Positions 61,201 to 64,000 of a stretch of DNA of 64,000 bases are shown here, one piece after another; position 1 is the first letter of the stretch, and the number at the start of each line of letters is the position of its first letter. The translations under genes were made by a program, and so were the position numbers. The notes under the pieces are model-generated. The model did not search any database and was not told the origin of the DNA. It saw nothing but the letters and a program-made list of their open reading frames with translations. This DNA comes from a virus (lineage: Duplodnaviria; Caudoviricetes): IMG/VR virus record IMGVR_UViG_3300032232_001415, positions 64,001 through 128,000 of that record. The stretch is one strand, 5' to 3'.

Positions 61201-63926
61201 TCATAGAAAGAGACATTTTCTCCACCCGCAGACCAATAATTAAATGATGTGTTGCTAGCAGAAAAGGATAGATTGTCACTTATGCCGATACTAGCACCAT
61301 CAGTAGACGATATACTATTATGAGTTAAAGTTAGCAGTACATCTGGTAATCCGTCGCTAAGTGTGATGCCAGAGTTAAAGACTGGTCGATTATTAAATGT
61401 TTTGACTCCACCTACGCTTTGAGTTCCTGTTGTATAAACTAAATTAGATGGTAATAGTCCGCTCACGCCGCTACCAAAATTAGTAATATTAGAGACTGTG
61501 TGGGTATGCCCACTAATACTAACTCCAGTTCCATTGACAAACGGAAGGTCACTAAAAGTTTTAACTCCACTAATAGTCTGATTACCACTTGTATAAACAA
61601 TATTGTCTGGAAATAATGCTAGTGATCCATCACCCTTTAGGTATTGAGAAGAGGTTCCCCCTTGAGTAATGAACTTATCTGCATTAATATATTGAAAATA
61701 ATCGATAGAATTAGTAGATCCACCAGTTGCAGACAACGCTACTAGTGTTGAATTTGTTTTATCATATACGCAATTTAATATTGAATAAAATCCACTTAGT
61801 ACAACTGGGGCGACATTACTTAATGCCGAAGTTAACATTTGACAGTTGGCTAAAGTAATGACACTTGAAGAGGCTGATGTGATAGCATTTGTCACAGCAG
61901 CAACTACTATAGAATCTACAAGACTTAAAGTTCCAGAAGTTAAAACTGGAGCCACAGTAACAGCGCTTTTAATAATTATATTTGCGCTAGCATTATTTAC
62001 TGTTGTAAAATTTGGATTACCACCAAAAATAGCAACTAAACCTGCACCAGTAATACTTGCGGAGCCATAGTCACATAAACGAAGAACAGTGTAGTCGGCG
62101 TTACTGCTTTTTGTAAGTGTGCCAGAAATCTCACAATTTAAAATATTTACATTTCCTGCACCGGTTGGCGTAGCTATGGTCAGGTTTGTCATCTTTATTC
62201 CAGCAATTGTACAACCAGTATTTGTGCTTAATGTTCCAGAAATTACTATATTACCGCCAATAAGCCCCGGACCAGTTATAGTTGTATATTGAACTGTTAT
62301 TGATGGATTTTCAGTATAAGTACCGGGATGAACAATAATTGTTTTGCGTTGAGATCCTACTAAAGTTAAAGCCTTGGTAATACTAGCAACTGGATTTAAT
62401 AAGTCACCATTACCAGTAGTATCATTTCCATCTATTTGGCTAACGTGGATTTCATAGTCATAACCACCATTAATTAATGGAATTCCACTAGCTGTTAATG
62501 AAGTAAAGTTACCGCTTGGTGCGCTAATGTTCCCTGTAAATATTGCTCCGCTTAAAGCGGCTTTTGATCCTAGTCCAGAAGCTACAGTTGTTGAAAAGTT
62601 AGCATCACTTCCTAGAGCTAATGCTAATTCATTTAATGTATCTAATGTGGCCGGTGCAGAATTAACTAAATTGCTAATCTCTGTTCTAACAAAAGATGTT
62701 GATGCTATTTGATTAGTGTTTGTCCCACTTGATGCAGTCGGAGTAAGTGGAACACCGGTTAAAGTTGGGCTACTTAATGGAGCATATATACCATTAATTA
62801 ACCCACTAACCGAAGTATTAAAATCTGTTATATTAGAACTAGTGTGAGTATGACCGCTAATACTTACGCCAGTACCATTTACTTGTAAAGAATTTGTAAA
62901 ATTACCACTATTACTTGTTATTAAACCAGTAACAGCAAGACCACTAGCAAATAATCCGCTACCAATAACGTGTAATTGTCCGCTTGGTGTTGTTGTTCCA
63001 ATACCAACATTTCCCTCAATAATTAAGCCATTTGTTGGAGGAGTTAAATTATAGTTTGATCCTATTGATGCTCCGCCACTAATTGCTACTCGGCCGCTAG
63101 GAGATGGAAATCCTATCCCAAAATTTCCCCCACCATTACAAACATAAGAATAAGAATTACTATTAGCAGTACTACTCAGATTATAACGAATAGCTGCAAA
63201 ATCTGTGCTTTGACCAACAATGCCTCCTCCAATATTCATTTGTCCTCTTAAAACACTAGCGCCTTGAACATCTAATTTAAAACCATTTTGAGGAGAATTT
63301 CCTATTCCAACATTCCCAATATTATCTATTCTTACTCTTTCTACTCCGCTTGTGGATAATGCTATAGTGTTAGCGGCTGGACTAAACAATCCAGTATCAG
63401 CATCTCCAGTAAATTCAAAAGATGGATTACCAGCACTGCCAGATCCTGCTATAAAAGATCCTGTTGAAGATACATCACCATTAAAAGTGCTAGTTCCTAA
63501 TACATGGAATTTTGATGATGGAACGCCCGTTCCAATTCCAATATTTCCACCACTAGTCATCGCAAAATCATTTTGACCAAAACGACCAGCAACTACTCGG
63601 TCATCACTAAAAACTTCAAATACCGGAAGTCCCGCATTATTATTAACACTCATGAGTGTTCCACTCAGATTGTCTATAACGCTGAATAAACTACCGTTGG
63701 TCCCCTCAATATTTAAGAGTGTTGCACCAGAAGTAGCAGAGTACGCATGAAAGGTGGCATTGGGAGAAGATGAGTTAATAGATAGACCACTGCCACTGAC
63801 AGCAACAAAGCCAGAAGGATTAACTATATTTATAGTATTACCAGATCCCTCAATTCGGCCAACTCTCGTTGAAACCGGAAAGAAGTCTATGATTCCACTA
63901 CTTGGCGTTATAATAATATCTGGCAT
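58275..63926 (-). CDS. mosaic long tail fibre protein (1883 aa)
   Basis: Many GNVGIGTxxP repeats, a P2 gpH-like 'SAPATLDTLNELALALGSDANF' segment and a beta-helix-like 'IHVSQIDGND...IIVHPGTYTE' insert. GGAG RBS. Confidence 0.85.
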   Translation of the reverse strand: MPDIIITPSSGIIDFFPVSTRVGRIEGSGNTINIVNPSGFVAVSGSGLSINSSSPNATFHAYSATSGATLLNIEGTNGSLFSVIDNLSGTLMSVNNNAGLPVFEVFSDDRVVAGRFGQNDFAMTSGGNIGIGTGVPSSKFHVLGTSTFNGDVSSTGSFIAGSGSAGNPSFEFTGDADTGLFSPAANTIALSTSGVERVRIDNIGNVGIGNSPQNGFKLDVQGASVLRGQMNIGGGIVGQSTDFAAIRYNLSSTANSNSYSYVCNGGGNFGIGFPSPSGRVAISGGASIGSNYNLTPPTNGLIIEGNVGIGTTTPSGQLHVIGSGLFASGLAVTGLITSNSGNFTNSLQVNGTGVSISGHTHTSSNITDFNTSVSGLINGIYAPLSSPTLTGVPLTPTASSGTNTNQIASTSFVRTEISNLVNSAPATLDTLNELALALGSDANFSTTVASGLGSKAALSGAIFTGNISAPSGNFTSLTASGIPLINGGYDYEIHVSQIDGNDTTGNGDLLNPVASITKALTLVGSQRKTIIVHPGTYTENPSITVQYTTITGPGLIGGNIVISGTLSTNTGCTIAGIKMTNLTIATPTGAGNVNILNCEISGTLTKSSNADYTVLRLCDYGSASITGAGLVAIFGGNPNFTTVNNASANIIIKSAVTVAPVLTSGTLSLVDSIVVAAVTNAITSASSSVITLANCQMLTSALSNVAPVVLSGFYSILNCVYDKTNSTLVALSATGGSTNSIDYFQYINADKFITQGGTSSQYLKGDGSLALFPDNIVYTSGNQTISGVKTFSDLPFVNGTGVSISGHTHTVSNITNFGSGVSGLLPSNLVYTTGTQSVGGVKTFNNRPVFNSGITLSDGLPDVLLTLTHNSISSTDGASIGISDNLSFSASNTSFNYWSAGGENVSFYDNDTTTDILRITDRISVRSPNGLVSGTYFPVWVTNPSGSAQAISSRTAAELLGDIRGYPSSNPSGYTTNVGTVTSVAALTVGTTGTDITSTVATNTTTPVITLNIPTASASNRGVLSSTDWSTFNNKQALLTNPVTGTGTGASTSGYLPQWNSTSGLINSNIYQSGSNIGIGIVNPISKLHVAGDVLATGSFIAGSGTAGNPSFEFTGDPDTGLFSPAANTLGISTSGVERLRINNVGNVGIGTTNYAFNNLSAGGEADLSINSVAWIHNALQIGPIDNGFDYTWINNGSAIFNTLGVGEKVDTPGNAVVMDTNGLVVNNGGGNGGSACQLLGDYGAIIENTLIVNSNANGNATVGIGTATPSEALDVVGNININGSIRHTFAIPDASNNIAPITWYNTINDINSVIAQIDVSTEGSPTEGMLAFHTNGGSSLQERVRITDVGNVGIGTSSPSSKLHVAGDILATGSFIGGSGTAALPSFEFVNDPDTGMFSPSANTFGISTSGVERLRIDSVGRVGIGTSSPSSTLQVSGLITANSGNFTQSLQVNGTGVSISGHSHTSSDISNFNSSVSGLLTPYQLALTNPITGIGTSGYLTRWSGSNSVSSGIIFDNGTNVGIGTASPSGRLHVLGTGLVDGRLSISPTSAVTSPLSVLHVSGSVTNNASLMISGPTVTRTYLGVGNSDTIPFFSSLNGDISASTYGWGFFDRGTDGFLNIQRKGGASSWSSVMTMDRTNGNVGIGTGVQATTPPEKLTVDGNIRLSDTATSIGNKLQFNRGGGTANDYTIGKEGNHLGISTANDGSTFRFVQFGYHSGATWTPRTVINGYTGAVGIGTTSPTSQLHVIGSGIIASGLSVSGSLNLNGSGVGLYDTSVFNLGTISGSNAINCGQDRQIQTLTLNGVATTFTTGTGWPSSSSVARETTLNIFSSGNTSITWTIVNDWYRQPDSPLPSGRHIVLLRSVGSGTMQGHYIGNKTN

Positions 63927-63950
63927 TTAGTTTTCTCCATTATTGATATA

Positions 63951-63962
63951 GTATTATACACC
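63951..63962 (-). promoter_or_regulatory. putative late promoter GGTGTATAATAC
   Basis: Intergenic, 24 nt upstream of the fibre ATG. Contains TATAAT with no clear -35. Recurs upstream of other structural genes. Confidence 0.5.
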
Positions 63963-64000
63963 TATAGGTTAAAACGGCTTTTGAGAGCATTATAGTTTTG

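Noticed and set aside
61567-61603. Diversity-generating retroelement TR/VR pair
   Set aside because: The match is only 37 nt, is not at a C-terminal variable region, and no reverse transcriptase is present in the window.
10549-63576. Numerous short + strand ORFs opposite the structural genes (e.g. 31394-31906, 35057-35347, 26933-27379)
   Set aside because: They are antisense shadows of long - strand genes; no independent evidence of coding or recognisable motifs.
1-64000. Stop-codon reassignment; tRNA/rRNA genes; eukaryotic giant-virus origin
   Set aside because: TAA, TAG and TGA all end tightly packed genes under the standard code. Intergenic gaps are short and no cloverleaf was seen. Shine-Dalgarno sites, a sigma70 promoter, DnaE/SSB and a tail module indicate a bacteriophage.

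Overview
AT-rich, densely coding 64 kb segment of a very large tailed dsDNA bacteriophage (Caudoviricetes), standard genetic code. No tail-sheath gene is seen between the neck and tube genes, so the tail is probably non-contractile. Two convergent blocks meet at ~9.74 kb. The + strand block (1-9748) holds the C-terminal OB-fold end of a DnaE-type DNA polymerase III alpha, SSB behind a near-consensus sigma70 promoter, a tightly coupled 7-gene glycosyltransferase/nucleotidyltransferase-like operon, a Vsr/DUF559-like endonuclease, a Rad52-like annealing protein, a Zn-ribbon protein and a membrane-anchored YfaP/DUF2135-like protein. The - strand block (9738-63926) is virion morphogenesis: tail fibre, triple-LamG lectin, sulfotransferase, neck/terminator proteins, major tail protein, chaperones, tape measure, fibre, putative tail-tip proteins and a 2629-aa Cys-rich protein. 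The main observation is the 6340-aa tape measure protein. It is built as a cassette array: a normal N-terminal TMP domain followed by modules delimited by six copies of a 'GG...DTVPAMLTPGEFV' motif and many shorter double-GG linkers, two of which share 23 identical nt. The modules carry recognisable motifs for a thermonuclease, three HExxH zincins, a P-loop kinase plus HxGH-type nucleotidyltransferase, a possible PD-(D/E)XK nuclease, a possible ADP-ribosyltransferase, an SHD1-like domain and an EF-hand. I infer a polyvalent, possibly proteolytically processed, injected effector polyprotein. SHD1-, EF-hand- and YfaP-like domains hint at a Planctomycetota/PVC host. All domain calls come from reading motifs by eye; no database searches were run.
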